Of a DNA stretch of 32,000 bases, positions 8,241-18,066 are shown in pieces. This DNA is from Aliivibrio fischeri ES114. GTDB lineage: Bacteria > Pseudomonadota > Gammaproteobacteria > Enterobacterales > Vibrionaceae. A model generated the notes under the pieces. The model saw only the letters and a program-made list of their open reading frames with translations. It was not told where the DNA came from and did not search any database. The translations under genes were made by a program, and so were the position numbers. The first letter of the stretch is position 1. Every line of letters starts with the position of its first letter. Location: the NCBI RefSeq assembly GCF_000011805.1, contig NC_006840.2; one strand, written 5' to 3'.

Positions 8241-9491
8241 TTATGCGTAAAAACTGATGCCATCATTTGGTTTTGATACTTGAACACTAATTTCACGCTC
8301 TTCTGAAGATTCTTCACTAAAGCCAGAACCACGGTTACTGTGCTCTTCTTTTTGATAAGCATATTGTGAAGAATCACCAGAACTTTGTTGCTGTACCGAT
8401 GTATCGGCCAATTGGATCCCTTGTTGAGCAAACATTTCACGTAAACGTGGCAATGATTGTTCTATTGCATCTCTTGCGTGTTGGTTCGAAACCGTAAATT
8501 GCACACCGGCACTATCTGCCCCCATATTCAATCGAATATGCATGCGTCCCATTTCTGGTGGATCTAAGCGTATATCTACATGCTTCAGGTTTTTAGCCAT
8601 CATCATATTAATGCGCTCAGCCACTTCATCACTCACCATTTCTTGGCGAATATTCAAAGGCACATTCATAAGATCTGTTCGTTGCGCTTGAACGGCTGCC
8701 GCTTGTTGAGTGGCCGTCGTACCTGACGCATGTGCTAATTGTTGTGCAAAGGTATCTGTGGTTTTAGATTCAGTTAAATTAACCGCTTCACCATTAGCAA
8801 CTTGAGTCATACCAAGTGCTGAGATATCCATTTTTGCTTTTTTCGCCTCTGCTAACTTTCCGGCTTCAGCTTCTGCCTTACCAATCAGTGCAGTTGACGT
8901 TAATAATTCTTTGGTTGATTCTTTATTGCCTGCGGCTTCACCTTTGCTTTGCGTTTCGCCCTCTACTTGAGTTGACGATTTAGCACTACTTCCCCATTGA
9001 ATTTCTTTTAATGGATCTGTTTTTTCAGCTACGGTTTTGCTGCTGTTTTTCTCACCTTCAGCGGCAATACTTGCTTGAGTAAGCAACATTTCAGCATCGC
9101 TTGAATCGGATGATTCTGATTCATCAGATGACTCTTCGTCACCCGACGCTTTTTTACTTTCATCTTTTTTGTCAACCAATGTGCTGTTCGCTTGGTCTAA
9201 ACGAGATAATAATTCAGAACCTTGGCTTACTTTGTCCTCTGTTGTTTCTTCTTTTGTTTCATCAACAGATTCAGACTCTTTCGATTTTTCGCTCGCTTCG
9301 CCTTTTTCAACATCGCCTTTCTCATCAACCGTTGTTTTTTTGGCGTCGTCTTTTTCCTTTAATCCCATTACCTCTTTTAGCTCTTCAATAAAGCCTTCAG
9401 ATTCTGGTTTATCTACAGCAGCCGTTTTAGTATCTGGCTTTACAGGCGCGGTTTTATTAATACCGTTTAATGATAAGTCATGACTGCTCAT
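8241..9491 (-). CDS. fliK: Flagellar hook-length control protein FliK
   Basis: 416 aa. A long acidic, low-complexity, K/E/S/D-rich N-terminal region is followed by a conserved C-terminal FliK switch domain (..VDIRLDPPEMGRMHIRLNMGADSAGVQFTVSNQHARDAIEQSLPRLREMFAQQGIQL..). Confidence 0.9.
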   Translation of the reverse strand: MSSHDLSLNGINKTAPVKPDTKTAAVDKPESEGFIEELKEVMGLKEKDDAKKTTVDEKGDVEKGEASEKSKESESVDETKEETTEDKVSQGSELLSRLDQANSTLVDKKDESKKASGDEESSDESESSDSSDAEMLLTQASIAAEGEKNSSKTVAEKTDPLKEIQWGSSAKSSTQVEGETQSKGEAAGNKESTKELLTSTALIGKAEAEAGKLAEAKKAKMDISALGMTQVANGEAVNLTESKTTDTFAQQLAHASGTTATQQAAAVQAQRTDLMNVPLNIRQEMVSDEVAERINMMMAKNLKHVDIRLDPPEMGRMHIRLNMGADSAGVQFTVSNQHARDAIEQSLPRLREMFAQQGIQLADTSVQQQSSGDSSQYAYQKEEHSNRGSGFSEESSEEREISVQVSKPNDGISFYA

Positions 9492-9560
9492 AGTATGTTC
9501 TCTACATTGAGTGTGGATTTTTTGACGAGCGCGATAGTGGCTCAGCTTTGCTTATTTTAA

Positions 9561-9576
9561 AGCAAATATTAAGCCA
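9561..9576 (-). promoter_or_regulatory. Putative sigma54 promoter of fliK(LMNOPQR-flhB)
   Basis: The reverse strand reads TGGCTTAATATTTGCT, with GG/GC at canonical -24/-12 spacing, in the 171-bp fliJ-fliK gap about 70 nt upstream of the fliK ATG. Confidence 0.6.
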
Positions 9577-9662
9577 CTTTTGTTATTCAATAAGAAGTTG
9601 AAAGATTATGAAGGGAAAATGCTGATGAATTAAGAAAACCTTGAAGCAATCACTCAATATGA

Positions 9663-10106
9663 TTATTCAGTTTTACTTCGGCGAGCAAATTGAAGGGTTG
9701 AGAACTCATCCATCATTTTTTGCTCTTGCTTATCCAGCATTTTTTGTCGCTCTGCTTTTTTCTTATCCATCATCCACTCATAAGATCGTCGTTGCTTACG
9801 AGTCTCTTGCCAATAGGTCTGGCAATTATCCACTTGTGATGTGAAATGGGATTCTGCACTTTTTTGCTTGGTTAATGTTTCATCCAACTGAACCAAAAAC
9901 TTATTTAAATGACCATATTGGCTTGCAGTTAACCCTTGCTGGCCACGCTGCAATAATTGATTACAATAATCAAGACGGTATTTTTCAATCTGCTTTACTT
10001 GCTCATAAAAGTCTTCCAATTCAGCTTTGGCTTTGTTCAGCGCCATCACCGCTTGGTTTTCTCTTTCTTGGGCTTGCTCTAATAAGAAATCAAAAGTACT
10101 TGTCAT
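9663..10106 (-). CDS. fliJ: Flagellar export protein FliJ
   Basis: 147 aa with coiled-coil composition, directly downstream of fliI. Confidence 0.9.
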   Translation of the reverse strand: MTSTFDFLLEQAQERENQAVMALNKAKAELEDFYEQVKQIEKYRLDYCNQLLQRGQQGLTASQYGHLNKFLVQLDETLTKQKSAESHFTSQVDNCQTYWQETRKQRRSYEWMMDKKKAERQKMLDKQEQKMMDEFSTLQFARRSKTE

Positions 10107-10116
10107 TTATTATGCC

Positions 10117-11436
10117 TTAGCCACTAAGCAACATTTTAAGCATGTTTTTACACATATCGTATGGAACACTTTCTTTCATACGCTGCTGTAAATATTCGTC
10201 TAATCTTGGTTTTAACGTAAACGCTTGATCAATAGCAGGATCAGTACCCGGTTTATACGCCCCAATCGACACCAAGTCTTGGTTTTTACGGCAAGTAGAC
10301 AACACTTGTCTCACCGCTTTAGACATAAGCATATGTTCTTCGTCGGTGATTTGTGGCATAACACGACTGACTGATTTCTCTACATCGATAGCAGGGTAAT
10401 GTCCGGCATCAGCCATTTCACGAGACAATACAATGTGTCCATCCAAAATCGCACGTGAAGCATCAGCAATAGGATCTTGTAAATCATCCCCTTCGGTTAA
10501 TACGGTAAAGAACGCCGTAATAGAGCCTTGATTTTCATTACCATTACCCGCTCGTTCAACCAATGCCGGTAATTTTGCAAATACAGAAGGCGGATAACCT
10601 TTGGTTGCCGGTGGCTCACCAACAGATAAGGCAATTTCACGCTGTGCTTGAGCAAAACGTGTTAACGAATCCATTAATAGTAAAACGTCTAAGCCTTGAT
10701 CGCGGAAATACTCAGCAATGGTTAATGCGGTTTGACACCCTTTTAATCGCATCAATGCAGATGCATCGGCAGGAGCGGCAACCACAACAGAGCGTTGGCG
10801 ACCTTCAGGACCTAAAATTTCTTCAATGAACTCTTTAACTTCACGTCCACGCTCACCAATTAAGCCAACCACAACCACTTGTGCTGTTGTACCACGAGTC
10901 ATCATGCCTAGTGTTACCGATTTACCAACACCAGAACCAGCGAATAAACCTAAACGCTGACCTTTACCCACAGTCAATAAGCCGTTAATTGCTTTTAAAC
11001 CAACATCAAGCGGCTCTGAAATAGGCTTTCGTGATAATGGGTTAATTGGCTCAGAAGTAAATGATGCTGTATGTTCAGTATAAAGTTCACCAAGACCGTC
11101 AATAGGATTACCAACCCCATCAACCACACGACCAAGTAGTTCCATACCAACAGGAATACCACTGCCATCGGCGATTGGAGTGACTTTAGCGCCAGGTAAT
11201 ACGCCTGAAACTTGTTCACTTGGCATTAAAAATAAGTTTTCACCAGAAAAGCCAACAACTTCGGCTTCAATCTCACCATTTACGGTTTCGACCAAACAGG
11301 AACTACCAATAGGCGCTCGACAACCTGTTGCTTCAAGTGTTAAACCAACAACACGCACTAATTTACCTGAGGCAATAGCGCGAGTGGTTAAGCCTGTGGT
11401 TTTATATTGAGATAAACGTTCAGATAATGGCAACAT
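10117..11436 (-). CDS. fliI: Flagellum-specific ATPase FliI
   Basis: 439 aa with Walker A GSGVGKS and Walker [12 protein letters not shown]. Its ATG overlaps the fliH stop (TAATG). Confidence 0.97.
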   Translation of the reverse strand: MLPLSERLSQYKTTGLTTRAIASGKLVRVVGLTLEATGCRAPIGSSCLVETVNGEIEAEVVGFSGENLFLMPSEQVSGVLPGAKVTPIADGSGIPVGMELLGRVVDGVGNPIDGLGELYTEHTASFTSEPINPLSRKPISEPLDVGLKAINGLLTVGKGQRLGLFAGSGVGKSVTLGMMTRGTTAQVVVVGLIGERGREVKEFIEEILGPEGRQRSVVVAAPADASALMRLKGCQTALTIAEYFRDQGLDVLLLMDSLTRFAQAQREIALSVGEPPATKGYPPSVFAKLPALVERAGNGNENQGSITAFFTVLTEGDDLQDPIADASRAILDGHIVLSREMADAGHYPAIDVEKSVSRVMPQITDEEHMLMSKAVRQVLSTCRKNQDLVSIGAYKPGTDPAIDQAFTLKPRLDEYLQQRMKESVPYDMCKNMLKMLLSG

Positions 11437-12233
11437 TACTGATTTCCTTGATGACGGTTCACACCACAGAATTTGTTCAGTACGCTCTTAATTCGTTCTT
11501 CTAGCAAATAACTCACTTTTGAATCAGAAGCTTGAATATTAATATCCCCCAAATTCATCGACGGCTCTGCGGTTAATGTCCACTGCTTTTGTGCTAATGC
11601 TTCCTCACCATATGCGTCAATGATACGTTGGTGATCTTCTGGATTCAACGCAATATTAATTTCACGCTCTGTAACAGGCAGTGTTTCTACAGACTCTCGA
11701 ACTGTATCTAAAATAACTTGAGGGTTTGTTTTTACTTCTACGTGAACCACTTCTTTAGTCAGTGCTAACACCATATCAATTAATTGTTTTTCAACTTGAG
11801 AATCAAGCAATGCTAATGGCTCAGCAAACTTATCAGCCATAGCAATTAACTGTTGAATACGTTCTTGAATCTCAGCTTGGCCTGCCGCAATCCCTTCATC
11901 ATAACCAACTTGATAACCTTCAGGCTTCCCTGCTTCAAAGCCTTCCGCTTGACCTTTTTCTAAACCTTCTTTGTAGCCAAACTCTTGGCCTTCCATTAAA
12001 CCTTCGTTGTAAGCGCCTTGCTTAATTTGCTCAATGATTTCTTCTGTTAAAACAAATTCTTCAGGCTCTTCTTCTTTTGGAAGCGATGGAGTCCAACTTG
12101 GATCGTAATTAAAAGCAGTTTCACGAGCAGGCTTATTTGGATCAGAGTAATCTGGGGACTCCCAAATATTGGTTTTTTGTAGTTCACTCTCATCGGTAAT
12201 GCGGATAAAGCCACGTTTTTTGCTAATACTCAT
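11436..12233 (-). CDS. fliH: Flagellar assembly protein FliH
   Basis: 265 aa. A glycine/glutamate repeat region ([45 protein letters not shown]) and translational coupling to fliI are both typical of FliH. Confidence 0.92.
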   Translation of the reverse strand: MSISKKRGFIRITDESELQKTNIWESPDYSDPNKPARETAFNYDPSWTPSLPKEEEPEEFVLTEEIIEQIKQGAYNEGLMEGQEFGYKEGLEKGQAEGFEAGKPEGYQVGYDEGIAAGQAEIQERIQQLIAMADKFAEPLALLDSQVEKQLIDMVLALTKEVVHVEVKTNPQVILDTVRESVETLPVTEREINIALNPEDHQRIIDAYGEEALAQKQWTLTAEPSMNLGDINIQASDSKVSYLLEERIKSVLNKFCGVNRHQGNQ

Positions 12234-12272
12234 GATGATAACTCGTAAAAAAGAAGAAGATTTAGAAAGAAT

Positions 12273-12307
12273 AACGGCTATTTCAATCCAATTATGAAAT
12301 AGCCGTT
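12273..12307 (-). terminator. Strong 12-bp hairpin in the fliG-fliH gap (intra-operon attenuator or processing/stabilising element)
   Basis: AACGGCTATTTC-(11 nt loop)-GAAATAGCCGTT is a perfect inverted repeat. On the reverse strand it is followed by the U-rich tail ATTCTTTCTAAATCTTCTTCTTTTTT. Confidence 0.5.
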
Positions 12308-12336
12308 TAATTATAACTCAATGAAATGAAAACGTA

Positions 12337-13389
12337 TTATACGAATTCATCCGCACCGCCAGAAAGCATTAGATCACCAGAATCTGCCATTCGACGTGCC
12401 ACTGCCAGAATTTCTTTCTGAGCAGCTTCAACGTCTGCAACACGGACTGGACCCATAGCTTCAAGATCATCACGCATAAGTTCAGCTGCACGTTTCGACA
12501 TACACTTAAACATTTTCTCTTTAAGTGCATCATCTGCACCTTTTAGTGCTTTTTGCAGAACTTCTTGTGGAACATCACGCAATAGCATTTGAATACCTTG
12601 GTCTTGTACATCGATAAGGTTTTCAAATACAAACATAAGATCTTGAATCTGAGTTGCTGTCTCTTCATCTTGGTCACGGATTTGATCCATCAACATACCT
12701 TCAATGCTGTTATCTAGGTAGTTCATGATTTCTGCCGCTGCTTTCAGGCCGCCAATTTTCGCAGCTTGAGCACCAGATTGACCTGCGAATTGTTTCTCCA
12801 TGATTTCGTTCAATTCAGCAAGTGCTGATGGTTGGACTTCTTCAAGGTGCGCAATACGCATCATTAGATCAAGACGAACACGTTCAGGGAATTGAGATAA
12901 AATCTCCGCCGATTGGTCTGGATCTAAGTAAGATAATACGATGGTTTGGATCTGCGGGTGCTCATTCATAATGATGCTTGCCACTTGACGAGGATCCATC
13001 CATTTCAATGAATCCAAGCCTTTAGAACCGCTACCTAGTAGAATTTGATCGACTAGGTTATTCGCTTTATCTTCACCAAGAGCAGCAACTAATGCGTTAC
13101 GCATAAAGTCTTCGCTGCCCATACCAATGCTGGTGTATTTCTGAATATCTTCTAAGAACGCACGGTGAATCGCTGACACTTTGATCTGATTTAAGTCAGA
13201 TACGGTTGCCATTGCTGCACCTACTTTTTGAACTTGCTTTGGTTCTAAGTGACGAATAATACTTGCCGCATCTTCTTCACTTAAACTTAGCAATAAAATC
13301 GCTGCACGCTCTGAGCCTGATAATGAAGAAAGATCAAATTCTGGTGTTTCTTCTTCTTTATTTCCTGCTTCTACAATTTCATTAGCCAT
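12337..13389 (-). CDS. fliG: Flagellar motor switch protein FliG
   Basis: 350 aa with typical FliG sequence (..LSGSERAAILLLSLSEEDAASIIRHLEPKQVQKV.., ..MSKRAAELMRDDLEAMGPVRVADVEAAQKEIL..). Its start overlaps the fliF end by 8 nt. Confidence 0.97.
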   Translation of the reverse strand: MANEIVEAGNKEEETPEFDLSSLSGSERAAILLLSLSEEDAASIIRHLEPKQVQKVGAAMATVSDLNQIKVSAIHRAFLEDIQKYTSIGMGSEDFMRNALVAALGEDKANNLVDQILLGSGSKGLDSLKWMDPRQVASIIMNEHPQIQTIVLSYLDPDQSAEILSQFPERVRLDLMMRIAHLEEVQPSALAELNEIMEKQFAGQSGAQAAKIGGLKAAAEIMNYLDNSIEGMLMDQIRDQDEETATQIQDLMFVFENLIDVQDQGIQMLLRDVPQEVLQKALKGADDALKEKMFKCMSKRAAELMRDDLEAMGPVRVADVEAAQKEILAVARRMADSGDLMLSGGADEFV

Positions 13390-15115
13390 TTTCAGATACC
13401 CAGTTTCGAACTACTTGTGCTGCTAATTCCGGTTCATTTGCTACTAGCGCACGAACCGCTTTCAATAAATCTTCGTCTTTATGCAAGTTAGGAAGATCGA
13501 TGCCCGAACCAAACTCGAATCCATCTCCATCTAAATCACTGCCAATTAAGCCCATCTCACCTTCAGCATTACGTTCTGCATTTGCCAATGCTTCATCTTC
13601 TGCTTGATTAGGGAACAGTAATTTATTCATTGCTGGACGAACAAGAACAAGAATAACGGCGATAATAACCAAGGCACCAGCAAGCCATTTAACCCAATCG
13701 TTAAAGTTAGGGTTTTCCCAAATTGGCACATCAATCGCAATTGGTTGCTCTTCAATAGCAAACTTCACGCTCAGTACGTTCAGTAAATCACCACGTTGTT
13801 CATTTAGACCAACACTACCAATAATGATTTGACGGATCTTATCTAATTCTGCTGCTGAAATTGGTGTATAGGTAACTTCACCTGTTTCAGGGTTAACGCT
13901 TTGACGCTCTTTAACGGCAACAGATACCGTTTGTCGAGCTACGGTTCCTGTTTGTTTACGTTCGTGACTGATTGTTGTATCAAGTTCAAAGTTTCGTGTT
14001 GCTTCTTTATGAACTGAACCTTGACCTAATACCGAACCATCTTTTAATTCTGCGATATCTTGAGGGATAGCGGAATCTACCGGCGGTTGGTTACTTAGCG
14101 CACCAGGAACACCTGCAATCACATTACCGTTGTTATAATCTTCTAACGTGTATTCACTTCGAGTAGATGGCGTTTGAGGATCAAATTGCTTACGAGTTTG
14201 CTCAACAGCACTGAAATCCATAGACACATCCACTTGAGCTGTATAGTTACCTAAACCCAAAATAGGAATAAGGATTGCGTCAATTTTATCTCGTAAAGAT
14301 TGCTCTTGTTTACGCTCTAACTCTTGCTCTTTTCGATGAGCCATTGCCATCGGATCTTGCGTACCAGAGCTAAGAAGACGACCATGCTGATCCGTTACGG
14401 TAACACGTGTTGGTTTCATTCCTGGAACCGCACTTGCAACCATATCAACAATCGAATCTACTTCTTCTTGTTTTAGCATTGCACCCATTCGCATGGTCAA
14501 GAATACCGTTGCTGACGCTTCTTGATTATGACGAACAAATACGCTTTGTTTTGGCATTGCGAGTAATACTTGAGCTTTACGAATTGGTCTCATTTGCTCA
14601 AATGTACTTGCTAATTGGCGTTCACGACTTAGTTTTAGACGCTCTTGCTCTAAACGCTGTGAAACCCCAAAGCCCATATCTTGCAATAAAATATCATCTC
14701 CCTCACCAACGGCTTTATTTAAGCCTGCGCGAGACAAATCAAGATTCATTTTACTGAATTCAGAGGCGGGAACTAAAATGGTATTACCATCTAGTTTGTA
14801 TTCTGCTTTTTGAGCATCAAGATGATCAAGCACTTGGATTAGTTCATCTGTTTCATAAACTCCAAGCGGACGCATCTCTGGTTCTTGAACCCAAAAGAAA
14901 AGCATGACAATTAACGCCACACAAATAGAAACAGATAATACGAGGATAACCTGACGTAATAAGTCAAGATTACCCAAAGCTGAATCTAATTTTGAAGAAC
15001 TTTGCTCATCAACATCTGGATTTTGTACGTCAACAGAGCTATCCAGTGCCATAGCACCGCCTGTTGGCATATCATCCGATACGGCTAAGTTCGTGTTTTT
15101 GTTCTCTTCCGACAC
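13382..15115 (-). CDS. fliF: Flagellar MS-ring protein FliF
   Basis: 577 aa with two TM segments flanking a large periplasmic region, in the conserved position between fliE and fliG. Confidence 0.96.
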   Translation of the reverse strand: MSEENKNTNLAVSDDMPTGGAMALDSSVDVQNPDVDEQSSSKLDSALGNLDLLRQVILVLSVSICVALIVMLFFWVQEPEMRPLGVYETDELIQVLDHLDAQKAEYKLDGNTILVPASEFSKMNLDLSRAGLNKAVGEGDDILLQDMGFGVSQRLEQERLKLSRERQLASTFEQMRPIRKAQVLLAMPKQSVFVRHNQEASATVFLTMRMGAMLKQEEVDSIVDMVASAVPGMKPTRVTVTDQHGRLLSSGTQDPMAMAHRKEQELERKQEQSLRDKIDAILIPILGLGNYTAQVDVSMDFSAVEQTRKQFDPQTPSTRSEYTLEDYNNGNVIAGVPGALSNQPPVDSAIPQDIAELKDGSVLGQGSVHKEATRNFELDTTISHERKQTGTVARQTVSVAVKERQSVNPETGEVTYTPISAAELDKIRQIIIGSVGLNEQRGDLLNVLSVKFAIEEQPIAIDVPIWENPNFNDWVKWLAGALVIIAVILVLVRPAMNKLLFPNQAEDEALANAERNAEGEMGLIGSDLDGDGFEFGSGIDLPNLHKDEDLLKAVRALVANEPELAAQVVRNWVSENG

Positions 15116-15132
15116 GCTTTAATTCCTAGAAA

Positions 15133-15444
15133 TTAGACTGGCATATTCATCAGTGCTTTATAAGCATCAACTAGCTTATTGCGCACTTGAATTGTGGCAT
15201 CAAATGCAACGCTTGATTTATTTCGTGCAATCATAACGTCTGATAATGAAACCCCTTCATCACCTCTGTCAAAACGCACTGCTAAATCACTTGATGCCTT
15301 TTGTAATCCATTTACGTTATTGACGGCTTTCGCAAACATTGCACTGAAGTCCGCACCGACTTCTTTTCCTGTTACTTGACGCGTTGTATTTGACGCGTCA
15401 AGCATCATTGCTTGCATCTCGTCCTGTAAACCACCGATTTTCAT
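15133..15444 (-). CDS. fliE: Flagellar hook-basal body protein FliE
   Basis: 103 aa with typical FliE size and C-terminus (..IQVRNKLVDAYKALMNMPV). It is the first gene after a sigma54 promoter. Confidence 0.93.
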   Translation of the reverse strand: MKIGGLQDEMQAMMLDASNTTRQVTGKEVGADFSAMFAKAVNNVNGLQKASSDLAVRFDRGDEGVSLSDVMIARNKSSVAFDATIQVRNKLVDAYKALMNMPV

Positions 15445-15461
15445 TTCTATTCTCCGACCCA

Positions 15462-15475
15462 GTCAACTTCTTGAC
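15462..15475. promoter_or_regulatory. FleQ/FlrA-type palindromic box in the fliE leader (GTCA-N6-TGAC)
   Basis: AGTCAACTTCTTGACT has 6-bp perfect arms. On the gene strand the core GTCAAGAAGTTGAC resembles the FleQ box reported for Pseudomonas (GTCaNTAAAtTGAC, recalled from the literature). It lies between the sigma54 promoter and the fliE ATG. Confidence 0.4.
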
Positions 15476-15501
15476 TTAATTTTACGACCCGAAGTATATA
15501 A

Positions 15502-15517
15502 AGCAATTTACATACCA
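15502..15517 (-). promoter_or_regulatory. Putative sigma54 promoter of fliEFGHIJ
   Basis: The reverse strand reads TGGTATGTAAATTGCT, with GG/GC at canonical spacing, about 58 nt upstream of the fliE ATG. Confidence 0.6.
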
Positions 15518-15544
15518 ATATATCAATAACGATAACTCATTGTT

Positions 15545-16978
15545 TTAACTTGGGATATCTATTCCAGCATCACGCATCTTCGCTAGCTTGTAACGTAACG
15601 TTCTTGGGCTAATACCTAGTTTTTCAGCGACATCTTTTCGCTTCCCATCACAGGCTTTTATGGTTTCAAGGATAATGATAAATTCTTGTTCTCGAAGTTC
15701 ACCACCTAAACCACTAGATGCAACCAAAACCTCACTTTCTTCAGACGTTGCTGGTGCACCTGTCTCGTTTATTGACGGTACTTGTTGCTCTGGTCTAATT
15801 GTTGGCGCTTCACCACTTACTACTTGTTGTAAGCCGTCCGCATCTGCCCAATCAACCCCTTCTAATAAAACATCATCCGCAGTGATCGTATGTTCTTCTG
15901 CAAGAATAAGCGCACGCTGAACGACGTTATCTAATTCACGAACGTTACCCGGCCATGGGTATGCTTCTAGTTTTTGAGTCGCTTCTGCACTAAAACTAGG
16001 AACTGGTAAACCTTGTTTTTGACAGTGACGCTCTACTAAGTGTTGAGCTATCGGTGCAATATCACCTTTACGATCTTTCAATGGCGGCCATGCAATTGGG
16101 AATACGTTTAAGCGGTAATATAAATCTTCACGGAAGTTGCCTTCTTCGACGTACTTTTTCAGATCACGGTTACTGGTTGCTAAGATACGTACATCCAACT
16201 TAATGCTCTTACGACCACCTAAACGTTCAACTTCACGTTCTTGCAATACACGCAGTAACTTAGCTTGTAGGTTAAGATCCATTTCACTGATCTCATCCAG
16301 TAAAATAGTACCACCTTGAGCTTGTTCAAATTTCCCCGGACAGGCTTGAACTGCCCCTGTAAAGGCACCTTTTTCATAACCAAATAATGTAGCTTCTAAC
16401 ATGTTGTCAGGAATAGCAGCACAGTTAATGGCAACAAATGGGCCTTCACTTCGTTGTGAATTATTGTGGATGTAGCGTGACATGACTTCTTTACCTGAAC
16501 CACTAGGACCAAGCACCATCACGTTAGCGTCTGTACGTGCGACTTTATCAGCTAATTTAAGTAGCTTAAGACTCTTTTCATCAGCAACGATAGCATCACC
16601 CGTTTGCTCAGTTTTCACTGGTGCATAACGGCTGACCATATTCAGTAATACTTCTGGTGCAAATGGCTTAGCCATATAATCAATAGCACCGTCTTTCATT
16701 GCAGAAACCGCATCTTCAATATTGGCGTAAGCCGTCATTAAAAGAACCGGAAGATTCGGCCAATTCAATTTAATACTGCGCAATAAAGCCAATCCACCCA
16801 TGCCTGCCATTTGAACATCAGAAACAACAATATCAACGGGCTCTTTCTTCAAAATAAGTAATGCTGTTTCTGCGCTATCGGCTTCTACCCACTCGTAACC
16901 AGCTAACTCTAGCGTGTCGATCAAGGCTTCACGTAAACCTTCATCATCCTCGACAATTAATACTTTGCTTTGTGCCAT
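15545..16978 (-). CDS. flrC: Sigma54-dependent response regulator FlrC (NtrC family)
   Basis: 477 aa. It has a REC domain with acceptor Asp (..DIVVSDVQMAGMGG..), an AAA+ domain with Walker A GPSGSGKE and the sigma54-contact loop GAFTGA, and a C-terminal HTH (..VAEKLGISPRTLRYKL..). Confidence 0.95.
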   Translation of the reverse strand: MAQSKVLIVEDDEGLREALIDTLELAGYEWVEADSAETALLILKKEPVDIVVSDVQMAGMGGLALLRSIKLNWPNLPVLLMTAYANIEDAVSAMKDGAIDYMAKPFAPEVLLNMVSRYAPVKTEQTGDAIVADEKSLKLLKLADKVARTDANVMVLGPSGSGKEVMSRYIHNNSQRSEGPFVAINCAAIPDNMLEATLFGYEKGAFTGAVQACPGKFEQAQGGTILLDEISEMDLNLQAKLLRVLQEREVERLGGRKSIKLDVRILATSNRDLKKYVEEGNFREDLYYRLNVFPIAWPPLKDRKGDIAPIAQHLVERHCQKQGLPVPSFSAEATQKLEAYPWPGNVRELDNVVQRALILAEEHTITADDVLLEGVDWADADGLQQVVSGEAPTIRPEQQVPSINETGAPATSEESEVLVASSGLGGELREQEFIIILETIKACDGKRKDVAEKLGISPRTLRYKLAKMRDAGIDIPS

Positions 16979-16981
16979 GAT

Positions 16982-18043
16982 TTATTCTCCAGATTCTGTT
17001 TGAGCTAGGCTGTCTGTTGGGGTTGCTGATAGTGGAATTGACATGGTAAAACATGCGCCATCATCCGGTTCTGAATACAATTCAAGTTGTCCTTTGTGAG
17101 CTCGACAAACCATTTGTACAACCGCAAGACCAAGACCTGTGCCTTGAGAGCGAGTAGTAAAAAATGGTTCCATTATTTTGTCTTGTAACTCTAGTGGTAT
17201 ACCGGGGCCATTATCTTGCACCGATATTTTTAAAAACCCATTCACAGGTCTGAAAAAGACGTCTATTTGACATCCCTTCCCTATCACTTGAATGGCATTC
17301 ATGATCAAATTACTAATAGCGCTAGCAATGGCATTGGCGTTGCCCATTAGCACTGTATCTTCATGTTCGACTTCTAAGTAGTAATCGACTTGATTTGATT
17401 GCAGAGCGGTTTCAACCATTGGACGATATTCAGCAACCAAGTCACCTATTGTGAATGGCTTAACAACTTTATTATCACCGCCTTTAGCAAAGAGAAGCAT
17501 GTCATTCACTTGCTTTTCTAGATCATGAAGGCGATCAACCAATTTGGTTTGAAAACGTTTATGTGTTGCGGCTGGTAAATTTGGTGATCCTAAGTTTGAG
17601 GCGTACAACATCGCACTCGACAGCGGTGTTCTCACTTGGTGAGCTAACGATGCAACCATCTTACCTAATGAAGATAGTCGTTGAAGATCACTCACACGAG
17701 ATTGCAATAAACGCGTTTCAGTCAGATCAGTGATCAGTATTAGTTGACCTGTTTCTGATGCCGAAATTGCCAATCGAACTTTGCGTCCATTACGCAATGA
17801 GATCTCATGACCATCATCTTCTCTTGGATCAAACGATCGTTGAATGACTTCAAACCAACGCTCTCCCAATAGAGGTAGACCTAAAAGCTTAATTGCTTCT
17901 GGATTGACTTCACACACCATACCTTGTGTATCAAGTAAAATAACACCAGCTGGCATAACATCTAGCACTTGCTTATATCGTGTATTTTGCTCTTCTACTG
18001 TGCCAAGAGGTGAGTTTAATTCACCCTCAGAATTACCCTGCAT
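16982..18043 (-). CDS. flrB: Sensor histidine kinase FlrB (start revised to the internal ATG at 18043)
   Basis: PAS-like N-terminus, H-box SLAHQVRTPLSS, and G-boxes DNGPGI and GTGLGLAVV. The track's start at 18082 lies inside the sigma54 -12 element and the terminator stem, so MQGNSEGEL.. at 18043 is the more plausible start. Confidence 0.92.
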   Translation of the reverse strand: MQGNSEGELNSPLGTVEEQNTRYKQVLDVMPAGVILLDTQGMVCEVNPEAIKLLGLPLLGERWFEVIQRSFDPREDDGHEISLRNGRKVRLAISASETGQLILITDLTETRLLQSRVSDLQRLSSLGKMVASLAHQVRTPLSSAMLYASNLGSPNLPAATHKRFQTKLVDRLHDLEKQVNDMLLFAKGGDNKVVKPFTIGDLVAEYRPMVETALQSNQVDYYLEVEHEDTVLMGNANAIASAISNLIMNAIQVIGKGCQIDVFFRPVNGFLKISVQDNGPGIPLELQDKIMEPFFTTRSQGTGLGLAVVQMVCRAHKGQLELYSEPDDGACFTMSIPLSATPTDSLAQTESGE

Positions 18044-18066
18044 AATTTTATTCCCGCCAAAACAAC

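Noticed and set aside
8222-8440. 72-aa minus-strand ORF overlapping the fliK 3' end
   Set aside because: It is an alternative frame of the conserved FliK C-terminal domain and has no RBS. The fliK frame is clearly the real one.
9101-9483. Two plus-strand ORFs (96 and 104 aa), rich in S/F/L
   Set aside because: They are antisense to the low-complexity acidic region of fliK. Repetitive GAA/GAT-type codons produce long open antisense frames by chance.
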